A stretch of 64,000 bases of DNA from the NCBI GenBank assembly GCA_963765765.1, contig CAVXYC010000028.1, positions 128,001 through 192,000 on the forward strand. The letters are read 5' to 3'. This DNA is from an uncultured Chloroflexia bacterium. Its GTDB lineage: Bacteria; Chloroflexota; UBA6077; JACCZL01. Of this stretch, positions 47,695-57,650 are shown piece by piece (within the stretch, counting starts at the first letter, position 1; the number at the start of each line of letters is the position of its first letter). Both the position numbers and the translations under genes were made by a program. The notes under the pieces are model-generated. The model was not told where the DNA came from and searched no databases. It saw only the letters and a list, made by a program, of their open reading frames with translations.

Positions 47695-50500
47695 ATGACG
47701 ATCGATTTCGCCCAACCGCTGATGCTCCTCATGCTGGTGGTGCTGCCATTGCTGGTGGTGCTGCATCGCGCTAGCAGGAACACCCTGCCGCTGCGTCGGC
47801 GACGCATGGTCTTGGCCGTGCGACTCATCGTGACAGCGCTCCTGGTGCTGGCCGTGGCTGAACCGCGGGTGTACACGAAGGCAGATCGCGTTGCGGTAGC
47901 CTTCCTGGCCGACGTGTCCGACAGCACTGGCACTGAGGGCGAGATCGTCAATTGAGCTGGCTGCGGCAAGCCCTGCAATCAGCCGGTGATCGTGATGAAT
48001 CCATGGTTATCGCTTTTGGAGCCGACACGGCGATTGAGCGCCCACTGAGCAGTTCGCACGATATCGCGCCGCTCTCTTCGGTCGTGGATGCCAGCCGAAC
48101 GAACCTCGCTGGCGCCATTCGTCTAGCACTGGCCGCACTGCCCACGGATCGACTCCGCAAGATTGTGCTGCTTTCAGATGGCAATGAGAACCTGGACAGT
48201 GTTGCCGATCAGGGTCGCATCGCGGCCTCGGCTAATGTACCAATCTCGGTGGTGCCACTCGGAACGAGAAGCTCGCCTGAGCTTCTCGTTCGTTCGCTAG
48301 AGACGCCATCGTTCATACGAGAAGGCGAAAACTTCTCCGCCTCGGTCTCGATCGAATCCACCGTCGACGGGCCCGCAAGACTCCATCTGATCTCCGACGG
48401 TAAGCTCATCTCAACGCAAGACGTCGAGGTGACGGCCGGTAACAATACATTCGTCCTGCCGCAAGAGCCTCAAACTCAGGGATTTCATCTTTTCCGGGTT
48501 CAGCTCGAAGCACCAAACGACACGTACCCACAGAACAATGAAGCCGGCAGCTACACCGTCGTTGCTGGCCGACCAAGAGTTCTGATCATCGAAGGCGAGC
48601 CAGGAGAGACCCGCTATCTTGCTGAGGCGCTACGGTCCGCGGGCCTGACTACCGACGTTAAAGCTGTAGGGGAAACGGCGATCGATACCGCGGTGTTGCG
48701 TGGGTACGAAAGCGTCGTCCTGGCCAATGTTCCGGCGAATCGACTGACGCTCCCGCAGATGCGCTCGATCTCGTCCTACGTTCAGAACCTGGGCGGTGGA
48801 CTGGTCGTGGTTGGCGGCGAACGGAGCTACGGTGTTGGCCGCTACGGCCGCACTCCTCTAGAAGAAGCACTGCCGGTACGTATGGATCTGCGAGGCCGCA
48901 CGCTCACCGCCAGCGTTGCCCTGAATCTGGTCATCGACGTTTCAGGGAGCATGGCGGGCGGCCCTGGTGCATCAAAGATGGATCTCGCCAAAGAAGCAGC
49001 CATACGCGCAACTGAATTCCTCGGTGAGCAAGATCAGCTCGGCATTCTGGCCTTCGACGATTCCAACAAATGGCTACAGGAGCCGACATTCCTAACGGAC
49101 CTCAGGCAGTTCAAGTACTTATAGGCACGCTGAGTCCGGGGGGCGGTACATCGATCTATCCGGCTGCTGAAGCCGCCTATTTCTCGCTCGTTCCGCTCGA
49201 AGCCAAAGTGAAGCACATCATATTGCTCACCGATGGACTTTCTACGGGCGGCGACTACGAGACGCTCACGAGTAATATGCGCGCTCAGGGAATCACGCTA
49301 TCCACTGTAGCCATCGGTTCAGACGCCGACTTCAATTTGCTCCGACGGCTTGCCGAGATGGGCAATGGCCGCTACTACGAGGGCAATGATCCGTTCGATC
49401 TGCCGCAGCTTGTGGTGAAGGAAACTCAGGAAGTAGCTCGAGCAGCAATAGTCGAGGAGGACTTTAAACCCCTTCAGGTTGGCGCAAGCCCGATCATGGA
49501 GGGTGTGGACGCGAGTCAATTCCCCTCGCTCCGTGGTTACGTTTCGACGACACCCAAGCCAAGCTCGCAGATCGTGCTCGTTTCCAAACTCGGCGACCCG
49601 CTGCTCTCCGAATGGCAGTACGGGCTCGGTCGTGTGGTGGCTTGGACTTCCGACGCGAAGAACCGTTGGTCGACCGACTGGGTGGGCTGGCCGGACTTCA
49701 ATCGCTTCTGGGCTCAGATGGTGAAGCGCACACTCCCTGTTCCGATTGATCGGAACACGGCCATCACAGTCAGTCCGGAACAGGGTGCCGTGCGGATAAC
49801 TGTGGACTCCAGCACGGATGACAAGACGTATCTCAATTTCCTGTCCACTCGTGCTGTTGTCGTCCGGCCAGATCAGACCCAAACCGACGTTGCCCTTCCT
49901 CAAGTTGCTCCGGGCCGATACGAGGCGCACGTACCAGTTAATCAAGAGGGTGCGCATTTCATCAATGTTGTTCAGCAAGACCAGGCAGGCCAGCTATTGG
50001 GTGCGCGTCCCGCTGGCTTTGTGGTGCCATACTCTCCTGAATATCGCGACCTGCGAACGAACCCAGAGCTGCTCGCCCAGCTTGCCCGCGCGAGCGGCGG
50101 CAAAGTGCTCGGTGAGCCGGCTGAGGCATTCGCCATCGAGCAAGCTAGCGCCGGGCAGCCTCGTGAGCTCTGGCCCTGGCTGTTGGCCCTCGCGGCTCTG
50201 TTGTTTATGTTCGATATCGCGGCTCGACGCCTCCGTCTCGCATTCGTAGACGTTCAGCGAGGCTGGGTGATGGCACAAGACCGCTGGCGCGACACGCGGG
50301 AGGCTGGGACGCGTGATGTTGGCACCCGCCTTTTCCGAGCTCGGAACCGCGGCAACGCGTCCATTCCCACCCTGCATGGGCCGGAGGGCGAGATCAGCCC
50401 ATCGAGCGAAGGCTCCCAGAGCTCGGCATCTGCCAGCTCGTCGGCTCTGGGCTCGCGATTGCTCGACGTCAAAAGGCGCGCCGGCGGGAAATCGTCGTAG
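47695..50500 (+). CDS. Double-vWA/GATase-like membrane protein, two frameshifts (near 47945 and 49100)
   Basis: MIDAS DVSDS and DVSGS, LSDG/LTDG, GGGLVVVGG, GLGRVVAWTSD, YSPEY; three ORFs join. Confidence 0.8.
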
Positions 50501-50548
50501 TCGCACTTGTTAACACGCTAGCTGGCCGTGTAGCGAAGGTGATGCTGA

Positions 50549-51124
50549 ATGGCTAGGCGTGTCATTGTTGGCATCAGCGGTTCGACAGGAGCCATTTACG
50601 GTGCTCGCCTCCTGGAAGTGCTCCATGGCATTCCCGACATCGAGACCCACCTGGTAATGAGCTCCGCCGCTCGAACGACGATCGAATACGAGATGGAGCA
50701 AGATTATTCAGAGATCGCAGCCCTTGCTGACGTTCTCTATGACGATCGGAATGTCGGCGCCGCTATCGCGAGCGGATCCTTCATCACCGAGGGGATGATC
50801 GTAGCTCCATGCAGCATGCGCTCACTCTCGGCGATCGCAAACAGTTTGAACGACAATCTGCTCACGCGTGCCGCGGATGTGTGCTTGAAGGAGCGTCGCC
50901 GACTTGTCTTGATCGCTCGAGAAACACCACTCCATGCAGGCCATCTGAGACTGATGCTCGACTGCACCACTGCCGGGGCCGTAATCCTCCCTCCGTCCCC
51001 TGCCTTCTACCATCGGCCGAAGACGATTCTGGACATCGTGGACCAGACACTCGGCAAAGCGCTGGATCTGTTTGGAATAGATGCAGGACTGTTTGAGCGA
51101 TGGCACGGGTTAGAGAAGGACTGA
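50549..51124 (+). CDS. ubiX: Flavin prenyltransferase
   Basis: VGISGSTG.IYG, IASGSF, APCSM, RAADV.LKERR, RETP, PAFYHRP. Confidence 0.95.
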   Translation: MARRVIVGISGSTGAIYGARLLEVLHGIPDIETHLVMSSAARTTIEYEMEQDYSEIAALADVLYDDRNVGAAIASGSFITEGMIVAPCSMRSLSAIANSLNDNLLTRAADVCLKERRRLVLIARETPLHAGHLRLMLDCTTAGAVILPPSPAFYHRPKTILDIVDQTLGKALDLFGIDAGLFERWHGLEKD

Positions 51125-51153
51125 GGATCCTTCGGGGAAGGACCCCACCCCGA

Positions 51154-52308
51154 TTACCTCTCCGAATATAGCCTCGATGCGTTTACCGCGCTCCGATCCA
51201 GATCCGCAATAGTCGGGCGTCCTAGAAGCGCCATCGCACGGTCCATTTCGGCAAGAAGGATATCGAGGGCTCGCTCAACGCCCTCTTCACCCCGAGCACC
51301 GAGGCCGTACAAGAATGCCCGGCCGATCATGCACGATGTCGCGCCGAGAGCCAGCGCTTTGACGATGTCTCCGCCGCGACGGATGCCGCCATCAAAGACC
51401 ACCTCAGCGCGACCCGCGACTGCGTCGGCAATCCCAGGCAGAACTTCGAGTGAGGAAGGCAAGCCCTCGAGTTGACGGCCTCCATGATTGGAAACCACAA
51501 TCGCCTCCACGCCGTGGTCCACGGCAAGTCGTGCGTCCTCGGTCGACATCACGCCCTTCAGTAACATTGGCCCCTGCCAGACCGAGCGAAACCACTCCAG
51601 GTCCTTCCACGAGATCGAGGGATCGTGAAGGCTCTGCGCGTACGCACCCAGTGAGATCGCATCATTCCGACCCGATCCTGGCGCATCCACGAAGTTCTTG
51701 AAGGTCACCCGCGGCCCACGGACCGCACCGATGATCCAGGGAATCTTCTGAATCGTGTCGAAGACGTTCTGGAGCGTTACGCGGGGTGGAATCGTGAAGC
51801 CGTTGCGAATATCGCGTTCTCGTTGTCCGATGACCGGCACATCGGCAGTCAGACACAGAGCCGTGTATCCAGCTGCACGTGCCCGCTCGATGAGTGAGCG
51901 CGTTACTTCGCGGTCCCGCACGACGTAGAGCTGAAACCACTTGGGGCCTGACACCGCTTCCGCAACTTCCTCGATGGAGGTCATGGAGTGCGTGCTCAGC
52001 GTAAATCCGAGCCCTCGCCGCGCTGCCACTCGGGCAGCCAGGATCTCCCCTCTAGGAGCAACCAGTCCTGCCAGGCCCGTAGGCGCCAGGATGATTGGCG
52101 CCTGAAGTGGCGCGCCGAGCACGCTAGTACTGAGGTCACGCTTGGAGACGTCAACCAGAACGCGTGGACGAAAGGTCACTCGCTCGAAGTCGGCGCGATT
52201 GACACGGAGCGTCGCCTCGTCCTCAGCCCCGCCGTCGATGAAGTCGAAGACCGCTCGCGGTAAACGTCGGCGCGCGCGGCGCCGCAGGTCCTCAATCGTA
52301 ACAATCAT
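51154..52308 (-). CDS. FMN-dependent alpha-hydroxy-acid oxidase/dehydrogenase (LldD/MdlB-like)
   Basis: FDFIDGGA.DE, WFQLY, RERD, SNHGGRQ, DGGIRRG.D..KALALGA. Confidence 0.92.
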   Translation of the reverse strand: MIVTIEDLRRRARRRLPRAVFDFIDGGAEDEATLRVNRADFERVTFRPRVLVDVSKRDLSTSVLGAPLQAPIILAPTGLAGLVAPRGEILAARVAARRGLGFTLSTHSMTSIEEVAEAVSGPKWFQLYVVRDREVTRSLIERARAAGYTALCLTADVPVIGQRERDIRNGFTIPPRVTLQNVFDTIQKIPWIIGAVRGPRVTFKNFVDAPGSGRNDAISLGAYAQSLHDPSISWKDLEWFRSVWQGPMLLKGVMSTEDARLAVDHGVEAIVVSNHGGRQLEGLPSSLEVLPGIADAVAGRAEVVFDGGIRRGGDIVKALALGATSCMIGRAFLYGLGARGEEGVERALDILLAEMDRAMALLGRPTIADLDRSAVNASRLYSER

Positions 52309-52323
52309 GATTGCTCCGTTGCG

Positions 52324-53082
52324 CTACTGCGCGCGCTGACTGATGATCTCGGGAATGATCCATGGGTAAAACATGGCGTTGAGCGCGGCCCTTCGCTGCG
52401 TGGAATCGCCTGAGGCGAATGGACTCCGCGCCGACAGAATCCCGGCAAGCAGATTCTCGCCTGACCCCATCGTTGTCTGGCCATCCTGGGTCCGGACTGC
52501 TGACGCGCCTCGGGTGAGCACGGGCGCACCGGCGGTCGAAGCCGGCAAATTCGCGTCGATCACACCCAGCGGCTGGCCCTGAAACGGGACCGGATAGACG
52601 GACGCGATGCTGGCGCTGCGCACAATGGGCAGGTTGTGAACGTCGTCAAACAGGCCTTCGGGATAACCTACCACCAGCACATCCTCACCGAGTGGTAGCT
52701 CCATCTCACGAGGCACCTGATCGAGGATACTGAATGCCCGAATGACGTATTGCATCTCCAACTCATCGCCGTCCAGCTCAACTGTGATGAGGTCCACCTC
52801 CCCGGCGCGGGTCGGATGCTGTTGCCATGCCGGCTCGCCATCAACCTGGAGCGGAACGACTATTTCTTCATGCTGAGTCAGGTCGTCGGGATTGTTATGG
52901 AGCCGTAATCTCAGCTCTTCGGGCTGCTGGCCGGCGTCATTTGTCAGAACAACAGCCCGGCTCGTTACGAGATGCAACGTGCCCGAGTAATAGTAGAAAA
53001 ATCCGGACGCGATCGCGTGCAAGGCACCCGAACCAAATGCTGACACGGGCGTCACAGCAGCGACGATATCACTCTGAGCCAT
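52324..53082 (-). CDS. Trypsin-like protease-fold protein, catalytic His and Ser apparently lost
   Basis: ASGFF, LVTSRAVV (usually VTNRHVV), VDL, VVGYP.G, IDA, PASTAGAPV (usually G.SGSPV). Confidence 0.7.
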   Translation of the reverse strand: MAQSDIVAAVTPVSAFGSGALHAIASGFFYYYSGTLHLVTSRAVVLTNDAGQQPEELRLRLHNNPDDLTQHEEIVVPLQVDGEPAWQQHPTRAGEVDLITVELDGDELEMQYVIRAFSILDQVPREMELPLGEDVLVVGYPEGLFDDVHNLPIVRSASIASVYPVPFQGQPLGVIDANLPASTAGAPVLTRGASAVRTQDGQTTMGSGENLLAGILSARSPFASGDSTQRRAALNAMFYPWIIPEIISQRAQ

Positions 53083-53189
53083 AGTGCTTGCGATGCTACC
53101 ATGAGCCGGACGGATGGAGTGGCAGAGAGCAGTGGCCGTATGACGGCGGACGTATAATTCGGGCCGTAGAGAGCATTGGAGAGCGTAGC

Positions 53190-53642
53190 GTGAAGGTCGT
53201 ACTGAGCCAGGATGTAAAGGGTGTGGGCAAGGCCGGGGAAGTTAAGGACGTCGCGGATGGATACGCTCGCAACTTCCTGCTACGCCGCAAACTCGCGATC
53301 GTCGCGACCGAAGGCGCTGTGAAGACGGCCGAGGCCAAGCAGGCCGCTTTTGACCGTCGCGCCGAGACTGAAGAAGCCCTAGCGCGCGAGGAGGCGGCAC
53401 GTATGAGCGCGGAGCCAATCGTGCTTAGGGCAAAGATGGGTGACCAGGGTCGTTTGTACGGCTCGATTACCGCGGCGGACATTGCCGAAGAGCTTGGTAA
53501 GAAATGGGGGCATGAGTTCGACAAGCGAAAAGTCGAGCTCAGCGAGCCGCTTCGACACATCGGTAGTCACACGGTCGGAGTCCAGATTCACAGAAACGTG
53601 ACCGCGCAAGTGACGGTTGACGTTCAGCCGGCACAAGACTGA
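53190..53642 (+). CDS. rplI: 50S ribosomal protein L9
   Basis: KVVLSQDVKGVGKAGEVKDVADGYARNFL, GRLYGSIT; GTG start; TATAAT at 53153. Confidence 0.95.
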   Translation: MKVVLSQDVKGVGKAGEVKDVADGYARNFLLRRKLAIVATEGAVKTAEAKQAAFDRRAETEEALAREEAARMSAEPIVLRAKMGDQGRLYGSITAADIAEELGKKWGHEFDKRKVELSEPLRHIGSHTVGVQIHRNVTAQVTVDVQPAQD

Positions 53643-53664
53643 CGTAGCGTCATCCAGCACGCCA

Positions 53665-55047
53665 ATGGCGATTGAACGCATCGATCTCGATTCATCCGCG
53701 GAACGAGTTCCGCCGCATAGTATCGAGGCCGAAGAGGCGGTGCTGGGCAGCATCCTGATTGACCGGGATGCCATTCAACTGATCGCGCACTTCCTCGCGC
53801 CGACTGACTTCTATCGGCAGCGGAACGCGACGATCTTTAACTCTATGCTCGAGATCTATAACCGCCGTGAGCAGGTGGACTACCTCACCCTGGTCACCGA
53901 GCTCCAGCGTAGCGAACAGTATGACGGGGTGGGCGGGCTCGCTTATCTCTCAGGACTTCTCACCGTGGTTCCTACGTCTGTTCACGTTGAGAGCTACGCA
54001 CGCATTGTTGAGCGAGTGGCCGTCATGCGTCGGCTTATCACCGCGGGCGCGCGAATTGCCGGCATTGGCTACCAGAACAATGTCGACGTTGATGAAGCCC
54101 TCGAGCAATCCGAGCGCTTCCTCATGGACGTGGCTCAACGACGGATCACGCGTGAATTCGAGTCACTCAGCGACATTCTGCAGGATTACCTGAACCAGCT
54201 TCCGAGCTCCGCCGATGACGACTCAAATCGGCACGGCATTCCCACGGGGTTCATCGATCTGGACAAGATCACGGGCGGCTTCCAGCGGTCGGACCTCATT
54301 ATTCTGGCCGCTCGCCCCAGTATGGGAAAGACGTCTCTCGCGCTAAATATCGCTGAGAATGTTGCTATTCCGGCCGCCATCCGACGCGGAGACCCCGGAG
54401 CGCAGGGCGGGACGGTTGCCGTCTTCAGCATTGAAATGTCGAAGGCACAGCTCGCGGGACGCATGCTTGCCACTGAGGCCACCGTCGATTCGTCTCGAAT
54501 TCGGCAGGGTCGGCTCAGCGATTCCGACTGGCGCAAGATAACCCACGCTATCGGTATTCTCGGCGATGCGCCCATCTATATCGATGACACGCCCGGAATC
54601 TCCATCGTTGAGCTTCGTTCCAAGGCGCGCCGGCTGCACGCCGATCGACAGCTCGATCTGATCGTCGTGGACTATTTGCAGCTTATCAACGGCTCTGGCT
54701 CGGACAACCGCGTACAGGAAGTCTCAGAGATCTCCCGTTCGCTCAAGGCTCTTGCGCGCGAGCTGAACGTCCCCGTCCTGGCGCTGTCTCAGCTTTCCCG
54801 AGCTGTGGAATCGAGATCCCCGAAGATTCCAATGCTTTCAGACCTACGAGAGAGCGGCAGCATCGAACAGGATGCCGATCTCGTGCTCTTCATCTATCGT
54901 GAGGATTTCTACGATCGAGAAACTGAGAAGAAGGGCATTGCCGAGCTGCACGTCGCTAAACACCGCAACGGCCCTACTGGTCAGATTAATCTTCTTTTTA
55001 TGGACCGCACGACGCGCTTCGTGGACCTCGAAACCTTTCGCGAATGA
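53665..55047 (+). CDS. dnaB: Replicative DNA helicase
   Basis: PPHSIEAEEAVLG, AARPSMGKT, VDYLQL, LSQLSR, SDLRESGSIEQDAD, KHRNGPTG. Confidence 0.97.
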   Translation: MAIERIDLDSSAERVPPHSIEAEEAVLGSILIDRDAIQLIAHFLAPTDFYRQRNATIFNSMLEIYNRREQVDYLTLVTELQRSEQYDGVGGLAYLSGLLTVVPTSVHVESYARIVERVAVMRRLITAGARIAGIGYQNNVDVDEALEQSERFLMDVAQRRITREFESLSDILQDYLNQLPSSADDDSNRHGIPTGFIDLDKITGGFQRSDLIILAARPSMGKTSLALNIAENVAIPAAIRRGDPGAQGGTVAVFSIEMSKAQLAGRMLATEATVDSSRIRQGRLSDSDWRKITHAIGILGDAPIYIDDTPGISIVELRSKARRLHADRQLDLIVVDYLQLINGSGSDNRVQEVSEISRSLKALARELNVPVLALSQLSRAVESRSPKIPMLSDLRESGSIEQDADLVLFIYREDFYDRETEKKGIAELHVAKHRNGPTGQINLLFMDRTTRFVDLETFRE

Positions 55048-55778
55048 GTAAAAGGAGATTCGACGGTTTTCCTCAGCGCATGGCTTTCGTGCCGGTTCCC
55101 GCTCCTTTACTCGGGCCACTTCTCCAGGAAATCGATTCTCTCGCTGAGTTGAAACTCGTCCTGCATCTCTGGCGCAGGCTTCAGGAAACGCGCAGATCAC
55201 CACGATACGCGCTCCTGAGTGAGATTCGCGCAGATCGCGCTCTGATCGTTGCACTCCAGAATCCGGATTCCGGAAACCCGCGCGTCACGCTGGAAGATGC
55301 ACTCCGTAGTTCCGTGGAGCGCGGAATCTTTCTTCAGGTCGATGCGCAGCGGGATGATCGGTCCGACGCGTGCGTGCTGCTCAACACTCCCCAAAACCAT
55401 CGGCTGGCGGAACAGATCGCGGCGGGCACGATCGTGATACCCGGACTGGGTATTCCGCATGCTCCAGCCGTACCGGCAGAAGCACGGCCCAGTATCTTCA
55501 AGCTCTATGAGGACAATATTGGCATGCTGACTCCGCTTGCCGCGGAGGAGCTGCGCGAAGCCGAGCTTACCTACTCAGCCGAATGGATTGAAGACGCTTT
55601 CCGTGAGGCCGTTGGCTACAATAAACGCAATTGGCGCTACATTCGACGCATCCTGGAGAACTGGGGCGTGAATGGGCGGGGAGCCGGACCACGTGGAGAG
55701 CCTGGGCGAGACACTCAGCCGCCTGAAGATTCTCGAGCATATGTCTCGGGTCGCTACGGACGATACGTCAAACACTGA
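55044..55778 (+). CDS. DnaD-domain protein
   Basis: IFKLYEDNIGMLTP...WIEDAFREAV..NKRNWRYI.RILENW. Confidence 0.8.
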   Translation: MSKRRFDGFPQRMAFVPVPAPLLGPLLQEIDSLAELKLVLHLWRRLQETRRSPRYALLSEIRADRALIVALQNPDSGNPRVTLEDALRSSVERGIFLQVDAQRDDRSDACVLLNTPQNHRLAEQIAAGTIVIPGLGIPHAPAVPAEARPSIFKLYEDNIGMLTPLAAEELREAELTYSAEWIEDAFREAVGYNKRNWRYIRRILENWGVNGRGAGPRGEPGRDTQPPEDSRAYVSGRYGRYVKH

Positions 55779-57081
55779 GCCAGATCCCGAACCGAGCTGC
55801 GCAATGTGTCGCGATGTCGGCTTTCTTCGCAACGACGCACCCGTAGGTCACCCGGACTTCGGCACGCTGGTACCGTGTAGCTGCCGCGCGACGAGTGCGA
55901 AAGAATCGCGAGTTGAACGACTCCGCCGGCTGAGCCAGCTTGGCCCCCTCGGACGCCAGCGATTCGATTCATTGGCCGATTCTGCTCCGTCGACTGACCC
56001 GCCTGCCTTCGCCTCAGCGCTCGAACGGGCTCGCGCTTACGCAGCCGCTCCCAAGGGCTGGTTTGTCTTGATCGGACCCGCGGGCTCCGGTAAGACATCG
56101 CTCGCCGCCGCCATCGCGAACGAGCGCGTCGAGCAAGGGGAGCCGGCGCTATTCATCGTTGTTCCAGATTTTCTGGATCATCTGCGGGCAACCTATGCTC
56201 CTACGAGCGACGTGACCTACGACGAGATGTTTGAGTCCGTCCGCAACGCTCCATTTCTGATCCTCGATGATCTCGGTGCTCAGTCGGGTACACCGTGGGC
56301 AGACGAGAAGCTGTTCCAGGTCCTGAATCATCGCTACAACGCCGAGCTGCCGACCGTGATTACGTCGTCACTCCGACTCGCTGAGATGGATGATCGCAGC
56401 CGCTCACGTCTGTCTAATCCCGAGCTCTCCCAGGTGTGCCAGGTTGCCGATTGGCCCGGCGATAGTGCCGCTCGCTTTGGCACCCTACCAGCTCGGCTCC
56501 GCGAGATGACCTTCGCGACCTTTGACCCTCGCGGAGGACCGGGTGAGCCCGAGCACGCCGATAACCTTCGTAGAGCGCTACAGCTCGCACGGCCGTTCGC
56601 TCAAAATCCCCGAGATTGGATCGTCTTCATTGGAGAGCCCGGGTCAGGGAAAACGCACCTTGCCGCGGCAATAGCCAATGAGTCCGGTGCGCGCGGCGAG
56701 TCATTTTGCTTTGCGATCGTGCCGGATCTACTCGATCATCTTCGGTCTAGTTTCGCCCCCGATAGCCCAGTGCGCTACGACCAGGTGTTCGAGGACGTGC
56801 GGAATGCGCCACTACTGATCCTGGACGATCTTGGCGCGCAAAGCACTACGCCGTGGGCGCAGGAGAAGCTTTTTCAGATCCTCAATCACCGCTACAACGC
56901 CAGTCTTGCCACTGTCATAACCACAAACGTTCCGCTTGAGCAGCACGAGCGGCGAATCTGTTCGCGCATGCTCGATCAACGCCTATCGACAGTATTCGCG
57001 ATTACGGCACCGCCGTATCGGCTGAGCAGTCCCAGTACCCCTCGACCGTCAAACCGACGGCCACGACCGAATCGCGAATAG
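55693..57081 (+). CDS. DnaC/DnaI/IstB-like helicase loader with two tandem AAA+ domains
   Basis: N-terminal CxxC..CxC; Walker A GPAGSGKT and GEPGSGKT; LILDDLG and EKLFQ.LNHRYN each occur twice. Confidence 0.85.
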   Translation: MESLGETLSRLKILEHMSRVATDDTSNTEPDPEPSCAMCRDVGFLRNDAPVGHPDFGTLVPCSCRATSAKESRVERLRRLSQLGPLGRQRFDSLADSAPSTDPPAFASALERARAYAAAPKGWFVLIGPAGSGKTSLAAAIANERVEQGEPALFIVVPDFLDHLRATYAPTSDVTYDEMFESVRNAPFLILDDLGAQSGTPWADEKLFQVLNHRYNAELPTVITSSLRLAEMDDRSRSRLSNPELSQVCQVADWPGDSAARFGTLPARLREMTFATFDPRGGPGEPEHADNLRRALQLARPFAQNPRDWIVFIGEPGSGKTHLAAAIANESGARGESFCFAIVPDLLDHLRSSFAPDSPVRYDQVFEDVRNAPLLILDDLGAQSTTPWAQEKLFQILNHRYNASLATVITTNVPLEQHERRICSRMLDQRLSTVFAITAPPYRLSSPSTPRPSNRRPRPNRE

Positions 57082-57164
57082 CGTCCGGCGCGAAACGCTT
57101 CAGAGTGCACTAAAGCGTTTCACGCCGTGAGGGCCGTGGTAGACTTCGCTTGCCTCTGGAGAAC

Positions 57165-57641
57165 ATGCCCCCACTCACCACCAACGATGTTGAATTCATG
57201 GTGCGCATCGCACTGGCGTTTGCGATGGGTGGGTTGTTGGGACTCGAGCGCGAGCAGATAGGCCGACCCGCCGGACTCCGCACGCACATGCTCGTCTGCG
57301 CTGGATCAGCATGTTTCACGGTTGCGTCAGTCAGCACACTTGGAAGTCAAAGCGTAAATGGAGATCCCACGCGCATAGCTGCTCAAGTCGTCTCGGGCAT
57401 CGGGTTCCTGGGTGCTGGGACGATCTTTCGAACGACATCCACGGTTCGTGGACTCACCACTGCTGCGAATATCTGGCTGGTAGCCGCCATTGGGATGCTG
57501 ATTGGCGCGGGCATGTACTGGATTGGCATATTCACGGCTATCCTGGGGTTTGTGGCATTGCGCCTTTTGCGATTGCCACGTTTGCGGGCCGGTGGAAGTG
57601 GTGAGCCGTCGATCACCGGATCGAGCGAGATCGTCGACTAA
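57165..57641 (+). CDS. MgtC/SapB-family membrane protein
   Basis: GLERE, PAGLRTH, DPTRIAAQVVSGIGFLGAG, GLTTAA. Confidence 0.9.
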   Translation: MPPLTTNDVEFMVRIALAFAMGGLLGLEREQIGRPAGLRTHMLVCAGSACFTVASVSTLGSQSVNGDPTRIAAQVVSGIGFLGAGTIFRTTSTVRGLTTAANIWLVAAIGMLIGAGMYWIGIFTAILGFVALRLLRLPRLRAGGSGEPSITGSSEIVD

Positions 57642-57650
57642 CGCTGATCT

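Noticed and set aside
55693-57081. IS21 (IstB) element or prophage replication module
   Set aside because: No IstA transposase, terminal repeats or phage genes; it sits in an operon with rplI and dnaB.
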